A DNA stretch of 64,000 nucleotides from an uncultured Planctomycetaceae bacterium (GTDB taxonomy: Bacteria; Planctomycetota; UBA1135; GCA-002686595). Position 1 is the stretch's first letter, and each line of letters starts with the position of its first letter. Location: the NCBI GenBank assembly GCA_964417955.1, contig CAYQKK010000002.1, positions 83,753-147,752 of the forward strand. The letters are read 5' to 3'. A program made the translations under genes and the position numbers. This document shows, piece after piece, positions 18,880 through 29,500 of the stretch. The notes beneath the pieces were generated by a model, which made no database searches, had not been told where the DNA came from, and was given only the letters and a program-made list of their open reading frames with translations.

Positions 18880-20100
18880 ATGCGAACTCCCCACTCCCCA
18901 TCGGTCGGACTTGGCGCCACGCTCGCCCTTGTCGCCCTTTCGCTGACAGCGCCCTCGTTGGGCCAAGATATCTTCGAGCCCAACGATGACTGCGTTGCGC
19001 CCCCGCTGGTCCTGCTCGGTACCACTTCGGGATTGACCTCGGGCCCAGACGACGACTACTTCACCGTCGCGGTTCCCGGCAACGCCGACATCACGATCAA
19101 CGCGCTGGATGGACTCGGCAACAACCTCAGCGTCAGGCTCTATGAGAGCGCCTGCGGGGTGACCCTGGCCTCCGCCGTTGGAACGCCGCTCAACTACTTC
19201 GACTGCGGCGGCGTGGCCCGTGACCTCGTCGTTCAGGTTGCCGGTGCAGGGCTCGTCGACGAGGCCTACACCCTGGAAGTCATCGCGGCAGAGATCCTCG
19301 ACGACGTCAACGAGGACAACGACACCTGCAATACCGGCTCACTGGTTTCACTCAGCTCATTCACCATGCCTGACCTTATGGTCACCGCATGCGACGAAGA
19401 TTACTACGTGGGTCGCGTGCAGAACGCGGGCGTCGAGATTCAGGTCGACCTCGTCTTCAGCCACGATCAAGGCGACATCGACTTGGAGATCTACGACCTT
19501 GGCTGCACGACGCTCCTCGCGAGCTCGACTTCGATGACGGACAACGAGTCCGTGCGCTACATGAACACGTCGTTTCCTTCGACGCCGGAACCGGTGGTCG
19601 TTCGCGTCTTCATGAAGAACGGAATCGGCTTCGGCGAGTACAGCCTCACCGCCTGCTTCGGCGACTCTACGCTGCCCACGATTGGCAACCAGGTCTGCAG
19701 CGCCGAACTGAACTCTACGAGCCGCCCTGGCACCCTCTGCGCCCGAGGCAGTGACGTTGCGGCCGACGATTCGGTCTTCCTCTACGTAGTGGACCTGCCA
19801 ACCAACTCCGTTGGCTACTTCATCACCTCGCCGATCTTCAAGCTCGCCATCAACCCCGGCGGCTCCCTCGGAAACCTCTGCCTTGACGTTCCCGGACGCT
19901 ACAACTTCGACGCGCTGTTCACGAACAACAGCAACGCGGTGTTCTACGCACCCGACCTGACCGCCACCCCCGTGGGCGGTGGAGGGTTCACCGCGATGAC
20001 AGCGGGAACCACCCAGCTGTGGCAGTTCTGGTACCGGGACTCTGTGGGCGGAAGCGCCGTCTCGAACTTCTCGACCGCACTAGAGATTCCGTTCCTCTAG
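18880..20100 (+). CDS. Secreted acidic protein with PPC-like domains and C-terminal two-Cys module (paralog of 16434)
   Basis: Signal peptide from ATG 18880 (MRTPHSPSVGLGATLALVALSLTAPSLGQ); FEPNDDC, DDDYF, NEDNDTC, VFSHDQGDIDLEIY; module at 19681-20100. Confidence 0.8.
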   Translation: MRTPHSPSVGLGATLALVALSLTAPSLGQDIFEPNDDCVAPPLVLLGTTSGLTSGPDDDYFTVAVPGNADITINALDGLGNNLSVRLYESACGVTLASAVGTPLNYFDCGGVARDLVVQVAGAGLVDEAYTLEVIAAEILDDVNEDNDTCNTGSLVSLSSFTMPDLMVTACDEDYYVGRVQNAGVEIQVDLVFSHDQGDIDLEIYDLGCTTLLASSTSMTDNESVRYMNTSFPSTPEPVVVRVFMKNGIGFGEYSLTACFGDSTLPTIGNQVCSAELNSTSRPGTLCARGSDVAADDSVFLYVVDLPTNSVGYFITSPIFKLAINPGGSLGNLCLDVPGRYNFDALFTNNSNAVFYAPDLTATPVGGGGFTAMTAGTTQLWQFWYRDSVGGSAVSNFSTALEIPFL

Positions 20101-20264
20101 GCCTGGAATAAGCGCTAAGGATCGTCAGATCGTGCAGCAGTGCCGTGGCCGTGGTCCTTTCGAGGATGATGCCTGGCTAGTCAGGTGAATCCTCGAAGCG
20201 AAGCGCAAGGGCCGCGGACGCGGCGGCGCTGCGCGAAACGCAGTGGTCTGTCGATTCTTAGCGC

Positions 20265-23200
20265 TTATTTCAGGTCTAGGACGAGTACCTCGGTGGCGCA
20301 CTCGCGCAGCTCCGACCGGTGAACGGTCGATAGAAACAAGGCCTCCCCCATGACCGCGTCGCGCAGCGTCCCGATCATGCGGCGGAGGTCTGTTTCTGCC
20401 AGTCCGGTCCCCGGTTGATCGAGTAGGCACAAGGAACCTGGCTCGATATGCATGAGCCCCGCGGCTAAGGCGAGGCGCTGCGCCTCGCCGCCCGATAGCG
20501 TTGACACGCGCCGACCCAGGGTCAAGTGACCAAGGCCCACGTCGGTCAAGATAGCGGCGGCTCTCTCCAGCCCTGGGGGCAATGGCTCCGCTTGGTCCGT
20601 GAGCTCGTTGACGGGGGTCGACAGGAACGCAGCCACGTGCATCCCTGCCCATGTGACCCCGAGCACCTCCGGTCGGTACCGCGTTCCGTCGCACGTCTCG
20701 CACGGCACGTCTAAGTCGGCCATGAAGTCGAGGGCGACGCGATGGGCACCGCTGCCAGCGCAGACGGGGCAGCGCCCCTTGGGACTCATGAAGGAGAACG
20801 CCGAGCGGGACAAGCCCTTGCCTGAAGCGGCCTTCTGGTAGAGCTTCTGCAGGTCGCCCATGACGCCCATGGCCGTCAAGGGCATCGCGGCCTGAACGCG
20901 GGCTCGGGCGTCGACGACGCGGCTCCATGTAGCTGCGCTTTGAATGTCCTGCCAAAGACCCGCCACTGCCTCGGGCGAGCCGTCGACGGCCACGAAGCCA
21001 CAACGGGGAACGCTGGCACCGGACGCCAACGAGACGCGCTCCCCCGCGCCCGGAATAGGCGCCATCGGCTCGATCGATGCACGCGCCGGCGTTGGAATCA
21101 ACTCGCCCCCCTGCCTTCCACTGCCAGGTCCGATGGTCAGCACGTGATCCGCAGCCTCGATCACGGGCTCGCGGTGCGTCACGACGACTACGGTGTTGCC
21201 GTCCTTTGCAAGCTGAGCCATGCGTTCGCTCAGGCCCACTAGTTCCGCATCGACCAACCCAGCTCCTGGCTCGTCCAGGACAATCGTCGCCCCCGACAGC
21301 CCAGAGAACAGAACGCTCGCTAGACGTATCCGCTGGAGGTCGCAAACCGCGAGCCGATGGGAGCGCGTGCCCAGCGTCAGACCTCCGAGGCCGAGCGCTT
21401 CGAGCGAGCTGGCTCGCTCATGGATCGCCGGGCCGAGCTCTTCCCAGGCCGCGTGACCACCAACACCTTCCTCAAGCTGAAGAACGAGGTCCGCGATCCT
21501 GATCCCTAGCACCGACTCGATCCCAAGGGTTCCGAGGCGTACGCGGCGTGCCTCCGAGCCGAGCCCCGTGCCGGCACACTCGCTACACGGCGCAGGTACC
21601 AGCGCCTCCAACCAAGGCTTGCCCGTCTTTGTTCTACCACGGCGCTGTGCCTCGCGCTCGACGAGGGTCAAGAAGCCCTCCCAGGGCCCCACGAAGGTAT
21701 GGGTTCCCGCGCGTCCGCCGCGCTGAAAGGACCAAGTCACGTCGTGCTCTACGTCCCCCGTCCCGTGCATGGCGACCTTCTGAACGGCAGCGGGCAGATC
21801 CGACCACGGTCCCACAAGGTCGTGCCCCGACGCGACTCGCAGCGTCGCAAGGTACTGGCCGTCGGGCTCGGTGAAGAAAGCTCCCGCCTTCGTGCCCCCG
21901 AACGCGCCGGCATCCAGAGCAAGAGAGGGATCCGTGACCAGCGTCTCGGGCAGCGCTCGAAGTCGTTCGCCGCGCCCCTCGCACGTAGCGCAGGCCCCTA
22001 CCGCTCGATCGGGGCTAAAGTGCGACTGCGTTAGTCCGCAGGGCTTCCCTTCCAGGGTGCCCGCGCGAGCGAAGAGCAAGCGCACTAGCGGTCCAATCTC
22101 GGACTGCGTGGCGACGGTTGATCTCAGCCCCGACTGGGCGGGTGACTGCTTGAGCACAACGGTAGGCGTCAGCCCCTCTATCGAATCCACGGGCGGACGC
22201 GGCACCTGACTCATGTACCGGCGCACTTGGAAGGGAAGCGTCTCGGCATAGCGATGGAGCGCCTCGGCAGCCAATGTGCCGAACGCGAGCGACGACTTCC
22301 CGCTGCCTGACACGCCCGTAATCGCCGTCACGGCTCCGTGGGCGATATCGACGTCCACACCCTTCAAGTTGTGGGTTCGCGCGCCTCGGATCCGGATGGC
22401 ACGGGCAGGTCCAGCGCCCGGCTTGGCGGGACGGCGCGGTGCGATCCCTACTGAGCTTTCCAATGCCGACCAGGTGACACGCTCGGCGCGGCCATCGCGC
22501 ACTTCCGTGAGGGCATCGGCTGCGCGCCATACATGTCGATGGTGAGAGATCGCCACCACCGTGTGCCCGCGCTCGCAAAGCCCATGGAGAGCTGCAACGA
22601 GCTTCTGAATGTCCCTCGGGTCGAGACCCCGGTCGGGCTCGTCGAAGACGAATAGCGACGGTGCCATGCGTTCCTTGGCCAAGAGCGTCGCAAGGCGGAT
22701 GCGCTGTGCTTCACCGCTGGAGAGCTGGGTCGATGGCGTGCCGAGTTGAAGGTAGCCGACCCCTAGCTGGACCATGGCGTCGATAGGTGCACTCACCGAT
22801 GCGGGCCAGCTCGTCGAGCTCTCATCGCTGGCCGCGAAAAATCCGGCAGCCTCCTCGACGGAGAGGGAGAGAACGTCGGCGATGGACAGCCCGTCTATCC
22901 GTACCTTGAGCACGCTGCTCTCGTACCGCTTGCCGTGGCAGGTGCCGCACGCTTGAATCGCATCTTCCAGGAGGTGCAATCCGATGCGAGTGGTCCCGAT
23001 GCCTTCGCACGTTGCGCAGCGTCCCCCCTTAGCGTTGAACGAGAAGTGGCTCGCGGTAAGCCCGCCTGCCTTGGCTTCATCCGTGGCCGCGAACGCCTTG
23101 CGAATTCCGTCGAACGCGCCGCACCAGGTGGCGGGCGTGCTGCGCGAAGAACGCCCCATAGGCCGAGCGTCGACCGCCTCCACCCGAATGCCCTTGGGTA

Positions 23201-24779
23201 GATCCAGCTCGGCATAGGCGCCGCCTCGCTTCCGGCGCAGCGCCGGAAGCAACGTCCCGAGGACTAACGAGGTCTTCCCCGCGCCAGAGGGGCCGAGCAC
23301 GACGTTCAGGACGCCGAGGTCGACGCTGATCTCTGCGTGATCGAGATTGTGGAGCGTCGCACCGCGCAGCGCGATCACACCGGTGCGAGTCCGTGGAACC
23401 AGGGCGGACGGTTCGGGCGCGAGGCTCCAGTCCGCACCGGGGCCGCTCGCAACGATCTCGCCGCCTTGTGGCCCAGCGCCCGGGCCAAGGGCGATCACTT
23501 GGTCTGCACAGCGCACCATGTCAGGGTCGTGCTCCACCACAACCAAGGTGTTCCCCTGGGCCACGAGTTCGTCCAAGAGGTCGCGCATGCCAGCCCGGCT
23601 GCTTGGGTGCAGGCCGAGCGTGGGCTCGTCGAGTGCGTAGAGCGCGCCGCCGAGCCCGCCCGTAAGGTGAGCGGCGAGCCGCAGGCGCTTGGCCTCCCCC
23701 GCCGAGAGGGTTGTGGCAGATCGGTCGAAGGCGAGGTGGCCGAGCCCCAGCTGGGCCATGCGGCCAGCGCGTGCGACGAGGGATTCGTGGAGCGCTGCCA
23801 GCACAGGATCCTGCGGCAACGAATCGAGCAACGCGCTGAACTCCCCCGCGGGCACCGACAGAATCTCAGGCAGCGTCTTGTCGCCCAGCTGCGCCTCGCG
23901 TCCGAGAGCGCCGAGCCGCGTGCCCGCGCACTCCGCGCACGGAACCGACTCCACGAAGCGCAGAATGTTGTCGTTGCGACTGCGCTTCAGCGTCTCCTCG
24001 ATCACAGGAATAAGGCCGCGGTAGTAGCCCTCTTCCCGGGGCCGCGCCGTGATGCCCTCCCACTTCATGCGGGACTCTAAGGCGTGCTTACCGAACGGCA
24101 CCTTGAGCTTCTTAGTGCCATAGAACACGACGTGCCGCTGCTCGTCCTTCAGATCATTCCACGGGGTATCGACGTCGAACCCATGGGCATGGGCGATCTG
24201 ATCCATGACGTCGAGGGTGACCTGGCTGTAGACCGTGTACCCATTCTTGAGGGTTGGAACGAGCGCGCCGTCGCGGATGGACTTGGAGCCGTCCGCCACG
24301 AGCAGCGCCGGCTCAACGCGGTCTTCCACGCCCGATCCAGAGCAGGCCCCGCAGGCTCCGAGCTCGGTGTTGAAGCTAAAGTGGCTGCGGGAGAGCTGGT
24401 CGGTTTCGGGGTGCACGCTTGAGCGCGCGTACAGCAGTCGCAGGAGGTCGAGGACGCCTGACTGGGTGCCCACGGTGGATCGCGGGTTGGACGTGATCGA
24501 CCGATGGCCAACGGCTATCGGCACGGGCAGGCCGCTGAGCCCACGAACGCGGCTGCGGCCGAGCTTGCCGAAGAACTGACGCGCCTTGGCCGACAGCGCA
24601 CCGAGGTACCGACGCTCTCCCTCGCGCACGAGTGTCTCAAATACGAGCGTCGACTTGCCTGATCCCGAAGGTCCGACCACCGAGGTCCATGCGCCGTGCG
24701 GGATCTCTACGTCGACCCCCCGGAGGTTGTGATCGGACGCGCCGGTGACGCGAATCGCGGATGACTGACGACTCTCCAT
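20265..24779 (-). CDS. uvrA: UvrA-like excinuclease ABC ATPase, internally duplicated (1504 aa)
   Basis: GASDHNLRGVDVEIP, Walker A motifs GPSGSGKST / GPSGAGKTS / GVSGSGKSS, signature LSAGEAKRLRLA, SHFSFN, several CxxC zinc fingers. Confidence 0.85.
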   Translation of the reverse strand: MESRQSSAIRVTGASDHNLRGVDVEIPHGAWTSVVGPSGSGKSTLVFETLVREGERRYLGALSAKARQFFGKLGRSRVRGLSGLPVPIAVGHRSITSNPRSTVGTQSGVLDLLRLLYARSSVHPETDQLSRSHFSFNTELGACGACSGSGVEDRVEPALLVADGSKSIRDGALVPTLKNGYTVYSQVTLDVMDQIAHAHGFDVDTPWNDLKDEQRHVVFYGTKKLKVPFGKHALESRMKWEGITARPREEGYYRGLIPVIEETLKRSRNDNILRFVESVPCAECAGTRLGALGREAQLGDKTLPEILSVPAGEFSALLDSLPQDPVLAALHESLVARAGRMAQLGLGHLAFDRSATTLSAGEAKRLRLAAHLTGGLGGALYALDEPTLGLHPSSRAGMRDLLDELVAQGNTLVVVEHDPDMVRCADQVIALGPGAGPQGGEIVASGPGADWSLAPEPSALVPRTRTGVIALRGATLHNLDHAEISVDLGVLNVVLGPSGAGKTSLVLGTLLPALRRKRGGAYAELDLPKGIRVEAVDARPMGRSSRSTPATWCGAFDGIRKAFAATDEAKAGGLTASHFSFNAKGGRCATCEGIGTTRIGLHLLEDAIQACGTCHGKRYESSVLKVRIDGLSIADVLSLSVEEAAGFFAASDESSTSWPASVSAPIDAMVQLGVGYLQLGTPSTQLSSGEAQRIRLATLLAKERMAPSLFVFDEPDRGLDPRDIQKLVAALHGLCERGHTVVAISHHRHVWRAADALTEVRDGRAERVTWSALESSVGIAPRRPAKPGAGPARAIRIRGARTHNLKGVDVDIAHGAVTAITGVSGSGKSSLAFGTLAAEALHRYAETLPFQVRRYMSQVPRPPVDSIEGLTPTVVLKQSPAQSGLRSTVATQSEIGPLVRLLFARAGTLEGKPCGLTQSHFSPDRAVGACATCEGRGERLRALPETLVTDPSLALDAGAFGGTKAGAFFTEPDGQYLATLRVASGHDLVGPWSDLPAAVQKVAMHGTGDVEHDVTWSFQRGGRAGTHTFVGPWEGFLTLVEREAQRRGRTKTGKPWLEALVPAPCSECAGTGLGSEARRVRLGTLGIESVLGIRIADLVLQLEEGVGGHAAWEELGPAIHERASSLEALGLGGLTLGTRSHRLAVCDLQRIRLASVLFSGLSGATIVLDEPGAGLVDAELVGLSERMAQLAKDGNTVVVVTHREPVIEAADHVLTIGPGSGRQGGELIPTPARASIEPMAPIPGAGERVSLASGASVPRCGFVAVDGSPEAVAGLWQDIQSAATWSRVVDARARVQAAMPLTAMGVMGDLQKLYQKAASGKGLSRSAFSFMSPKGRCPVCAGSGAHRVALDFMADLDVPCETCDGTRYRPEVLGVTWAGMHVAAFLSTPVNELTDQAEPLPPGLERAAAILTDVGLGHLTLGRRVSTLSGGEAQRLALAAGLMHIEPGSLCLLDQPGTGLAETDLRRMIGTLRDAVMGEALFLSTVHRSELRECATEVLVLDLK

Positions 24780-24793
24780 GTTAGCCTTGCACT

Positions 24794-25513
24794 ATGCAAA
24801 GCAAAGCGTCTACGCCCAAGGAGTACCTCGCAAGCCTCGACCCCGATCGTCGCAAAGCGATGGAGGCCGTTCGCAAGGTCATCAAAGCGAACCTCGACCC
24901 GAAGATCAAAGAGGTCATGAGCTACGGAATGCTCGGGTACTGCATCCCGTTCAGCGTCTACAAATACGGCTATCACTGCAATCCCGACCAGCCGTTGCCC
25001 TTCATCAACCTGGGTTCGCAGAAGAACCACATGGGCCTGTACCTCTTCTGCATCTACGGCAACGACAAGGAAATCGCGTGGTTCGAGAAGGCCTGGAAGA
25101 AGACCGGGAAGAAGCTCGACATGGGTAAGTCCTGTCTGCGCTTCAAGAAGCTTGAGGACCTCGCGCTCGACGTGATCGGAGAGGCTGTAAGCCGGATGTC
25201 CGCGGCGCAGTTTATCGAGCAGTACGAAGCGGCTCTGGAGGGAACCACGGCGGGCAAGAAGCTCGCGAAGCTGAAGGCCAAGGAAGCGGGTGGTGGCACC
25301 GCGCCGACGGCGAAGAAGGCCCCCCGGAAGAAGGTGGCTGCCAAGAAAGCTGCCACTAAGAAGGCTCCCCAAAGAAAGACCGCGAAGAAGGCAGCCAAGA
25401 AGGCGCCCGCAAAGAAGAAGGTCGCCAAGAAGTCTGCCGCCAAGAAGAAGGTGACGAAGAAGCCGGCAAGGAAAGCAGCAAAGAAGGCTGTAGCGCGCAA
25501 GAAGAAGATCTAA
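24794..25513 (+). CDS. DUF1801 (YdhG-like) domain fused to a histone H1-like Lys/Ala-rich tail
   Basis: PFINLGSQKNHMGLY and KLDMGKSCLRFKKLEDL; last ~65 aa are AKKAAKKAPAKKK-type repeats. Confidence 0.8.
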   Translation: MQSKASTPKEYLASLDPDRRKAMEAVRKVIKANLDPKIKEVMSYGMLGYCIPFSVYKYGYHCNPDQPLPFINLGSQKNHMGLYLFCIYGNDKEIAWFEKAWKKTGKKLDMGKSCLRFKKLEDLALDVIGEAVSRMSAAQFIEQYEAALEGTTAGKKLAKLKAKEAGGGTAPTAKKAPRKKVAAKKAATKKAPQRKTAKKAAKKAPAKKKVAKKSAAKKKVTKKPARKAAKKAVARKKKI

Positions 25514-25525
25514 GACCTGCGAACC

Positions 25526-25885
25526 ATGAACGCATCCCGAGAGATCTCCCTCCCCAGCGACCCAGCGGAAGCGGTCGCGGCCCTGCGCGCCGCCTCGGCC
25601 GAGACTGACGTCGTCGTCTTCAAGAAGAGCCCGATTTGCCCCGTCAGCACCCGGGCCGAGTTCGAGTTCAAGACCTGGCTGAAGGGCGTGCCTGAGTCCA
25701 GCACGACGCGCTACGCCATGATCGACGTGATCGCCGAGAAGCCCCTGGCCCGTGGGCTGACGGCCGAGCTCGGCGTCGACCACCAGTCCCCCCAGGCCCT
25801 CTGGTTCTCGAAGGGCGAGCTCGCTTGGCACGATAGCCACGGCTCGCTGACTGCGAGCCGTTTTGCGGCCGGCGCGACCGCCTAG
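25526..25885 (+). CDS. YtxJ/DUF2847-like monothiol thioredoxin-fold protein
   Basis: VFKKSPICPVS, LGVDHQSPQAL, WHDSH. Confidence 0.75.
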   Translation: MNASREISLPSDPAEAVAALRAASAETDVVVFKKSPICPVSTRAEFEFKTWLKGVPESSTTRYAMIDVIAEKPLARGLTAELGVDHQSPQALWFSKGELAWHDSHGSLTASRFAAGATA

Positions 25886-25920
25886 ATCCACCCTTCGATG
25901 GGGCCCGCTACAATGGGGCT

Positions 25921-26514
25921 ATGAAAGCCTCACGTCGCCAGTTTGTGCAGGGCCTCGGCCTTGCCGCCCCCGCCCTTCTCACCGCCTCCGTCTCGGCGCA
26001 GGAGCCTGCGAAGGAAGCGCCCTCTGCGAAGCTCCAGGCCGTCCTGATCCTCGTGCGGCACACGGAGAAGTCCACCGACGATCGCGTGGACCCGAGCCTC
26101 GCGGAGGAAGGCGTGGCCCGCGCCAAGGAGCTCGCGCGCCTCGTGGGTTCGAACGGCGTCACCAGCCTGCTCCACACGGAGTACAAGCGCACGCGGGACA
26201 CGCTGGCTCCGCTGGCCAAGGAGCTGTCACTGGAGAGCGAGACCATCGGCGCCAGCGAGATGCCGAAGCTCCTCGAGCGGCTCCGCGCCGCAAAGCCCGG
26301 CGAGGTCATCGCCGTCGCCGGCCACTCCAACACGATCCCCGCCATCGCCTACGCCATGGGCGTCACGCTCCCGGGCCTCGACCCGGTTCCGAAGGGCTCG
26401 AAGGCCGCCCACGGGTACCTCCCCCACGGCGCGTACGACCGCGTCCACGTGCTCACGCCGGGCGCCAGCGGAGCCCAGCTGATCGAGCTGCGCTACGGCG
26501 ACCCCAGCCACTAG
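25921..26514 (+). CDS. Tat-exported histidine phosphatase family protein (SixA-like)
   Basis: SRRQFV twin-arginine signal; LVRHTEK, YKRTRDT, AGHSNTIP. Confidence 0.8.
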   Translation: MKASRRQFVQGLGLAAPALLTASVSAQEPAKEAPSAKLQAVLILVRHTEKSTDDRVDPSLAEEGVARAKELARLVGSNGVTSLLHTEYKRTRDTLAPLAKELSLESETIGASEMPKLLERLRAAKPGEVIAVAGHSNTIPAIAYAMGVTLPGLDPVPKGSKAAHGYLPHGAYDRVHVLTPGASGAQLIELRYGDPSH

Positions 26515-26518
26515 GCCG

Positions 26519-29500
26519 CTACCTCGCGTCGATCGTCAGCGGGTCCATGGGCTCGGTCCAGTAGAGAACCTCGACGGTGGTTTCGATATTGGACTTCACG
26601 CCGTCCATCCACACTTCGATGCGCGTGAGTCCCAGGGGTGAGGCGTCTCGGAAGCTCAGCTTTTCCTCCTCGTTGAGGTCCGCCTTCGTTCGGCTGCGGC
26701 TGACCTGCATGAGCTCGTTCGACTGGCTGTAAAAGCGCAGCTCAACTCGGCCCCAGTCCGCGGCCGGATCCATCAGCGCCCAGATCATCATGGGGCGGCC
26801 GACGACCGCTTGCACCTGTACCTCGGCGTTCACACCGGCTTCGATCGTCACCGGCACCCGGGGGATGCAAAGCACTTCACCGCTGCGTCGCTGCAGTTCG
26901 TACGTCCCCGGCGGCATCGGATGCGCCGTGCGCCAACCCCCATCGATGCTCTTCATCTCGTAACGCCGGTGGGCGCTCACGAGTTCAAGTTGCTGATCTC
27001 TGATGAGACCTGGAAGCTGGCCTTCCGGGAAGATGTCGGGGAGCTCGACGGAGAGCGTGACCTCGGCGGCACCAGCATTCGCGCTGGAGATCTCACCGAC
27101 CTCCTTCACGTCTCCGTCGCCCACCACGATGCCCTCCAGCGACGCGATCTCCCCCGAATTCGGCAGGTAGATCACTAAGCCGTACGTCCCGGGCGCGATG
27201 GGCCCAAAGTGGAAGTCACCGGTTGCCGGGTCGAAGTCGATCGCTCGATTCGTCTCCTCGGTCAGCTTCTTGCCCGTCTGCTGGCTAAGGAACAGCGTCG
27301 TATTGGGAGGGATGCCATCACCGAACCCAGCGATACGGCCCTCGATGAATGCCGTGGTGGGTGCGGGGATCGCGGCCACAATCTCGAGGTCCAGCGTGCC
27401 CGGCGACACGCCTTCCACCGCTGCGATCTCGACTCGCATACTGTTGTCATTCGTGCGGACGCTGACTTTCCAGCGAGCATCAAACCCCTCAGGAAGGGAG
27501 GAGCTCGGGTGGGGCAGGGACGACAGGCGGAACTTGCCGTCCTCGTCCGTCATGATGAGACCATCGGTTCTCTCGAAGTTCCCCATGGTCCCGTCGACGA
27601 CGAGCCCCTGAAGGGGCTGGCCATACTCGTCAACGACGCGACCGGCAATGACTTGGCCCTCCGCCAGCTGAATCCCGGCGGGCTCGTTCTCGGAGCGGGT
27701 CCAAGCGAGACGCGCCTTCAGGACCGCACCATCCGCGTGTCGCGCGCGAAGCTCCCCCGCCTCCGCTCCCACGTGGATCAGCTCAAAGCGCCCCTCATCG
27801 TCGGTGTAGTCACCGTGTCGTGGGCCGTAGAAAGTGTCCCACCAGCGGGCCTCCGGATCGGAAAGCGCGACGCTGGCGCCAGCTGCGGGCGAACCGTCCG
27901 GACGGACCACGCGGCCTTCGATCGTGACGCCACCTGTGAGCGTGATGGTGAGCTCCTTGGGCTCTCCATCGAAGCTCTCCACGAACGAGTTCGTGGCGTA
28001 CCCCGGCGCAGACGCCGCGATGGGCTGTTCGCCCGAAGGGAGGGCTACGGGGTACTCAAAGCGCCCGTTGGCATCCGTGAAGACAAGGACGGGCGAGGGA
28101 CGACGCGTGTGGTCGAGGGGTTCGCCCTGGGCCGCAAAGAGGCCGGCCGTCACGGCCGCTCCTTCCACAGGCGTGCCTTCGCCGTCGACGACACGGCCCG
28201 ATAGGGTCGCACCCACCGGCCCGATGACGAGGTCGACCTCCCGCGCTCCGCTGGCGCCACCACCATTCGCGGGAGCCCGCATCGGGAGTACGGCCTCGGA
28301 GGGCAGACGGCCCGGAACGACCGCTTCGAAGAGCATCTGGTCCCCGGCTTCGATGGCGTAGTGCCCGGCGGCGTCCGCCTCGGCAATGGGGAACCAAGAG
28401 GTCCCGCGATTGTCCATGTACGTGGCGTAGATCGTGGCACCTGGCTGGGGCTCACCTACAGAATCAACGACGCGACCGGAAACGGCGGTGGTGGGTCGAA
28501 GGAGCAGCGCTTTCGACAGAGTTCCCCCTTCCTCAAGCGAGGCAAGTTCATCGTCAAGGTAAAGCCAGTTGCTTCCGAGCATGTCGCTCAGCTGGTACTT
28601 CAGATCAGGGTCCACCTGGAAGGCCACGCGACCGTTGGCGTCGGTCGTCAAGAGCGACTCGGCACCGGGGGTGCCGCTCCAGCCTCTTTGGGTCAGGACC
28701 AGCGGATGCCCCGCGACCGGCTCTCCGCTGACGCGGCACGCCGTGACGACGACTTCCACCCCGTGCTCTGCCGAGGCCGTCGCCCCGGCGCCGGGAGCCA
28801 ACGACCCTGCCGGATCGACCGCGCTGCCCGCCAACGTCCGTGCCTTGGCTGGCCCAGTCGCCGCGAGAGCTCCCGCAGCAGGCCCCGTCACTCCGGCCAG
28901 CGTCACCTCTGAACTTGATGCAATGGGCGGCTCGCCCAACGGAGCCACCGTCTCCGTCCGCTGGTGCCACCAGAGCCCGGCGCCCACCGTGGCCACCGCG
29001 AGACCTGCAACGAGTGCCACGGCCGCCGAGCTGATTTTCGCGCCCGCGATGCCTGAGGCGGCACTCGGCGCAGCGTGCGAAGCCGCCCGCCCTCCGGTCG
29101 CCAGCAGCGCCATGCCCGAAAGCCATGCCGCGCGTCCCTCCTCTCCGCCGCCGTAGGCTCCATCCAGCTCATCGCGGAGCTTCTGTAGCCCGCGGTGCAG
29201 CCAAGAGTTGACCGTCTTCACAGGCACGTCCATGCGCTCGGCGATGGCTTTCGGCTTGAGTCCATCGTGAAAGCGCAGGTACAGCGCGCTGCGGTAGGGC
29301 TCCTCCAACGCAACCAGCGCCTGCTGGAGCTTCGTCTCCCGCTCGAGCTGGTGAAGTACCTCGTCCTGGGCAGACTCCCTTGATTGGGTCTCTGGAGCCG
29401 CTCCCCCAAGGCTCTCCGGGCGCAGCCGGCGCCCCTCGGAAGCCGCGCGCCGCCGAAGCACCGTCGCTAGCCACGCTCGGGGCTCACGAATCACCCCGGA

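Noticed and set aside
8134-20100. Antibiotic biosynthetic cluster around the AviRa-like and UvrA-like genes
   Set aside because: No PKS, NRPS, glycosyltransferase or sugar-biosynthesis genes in the window
24707-25891. 394-aa minus-strand Leu/Gly-rich ORF
   Set aside because: Antisense to the DUF1801-H1 and YtxJ-like genes; its composition mirrors the Lys/Ala repeat codons
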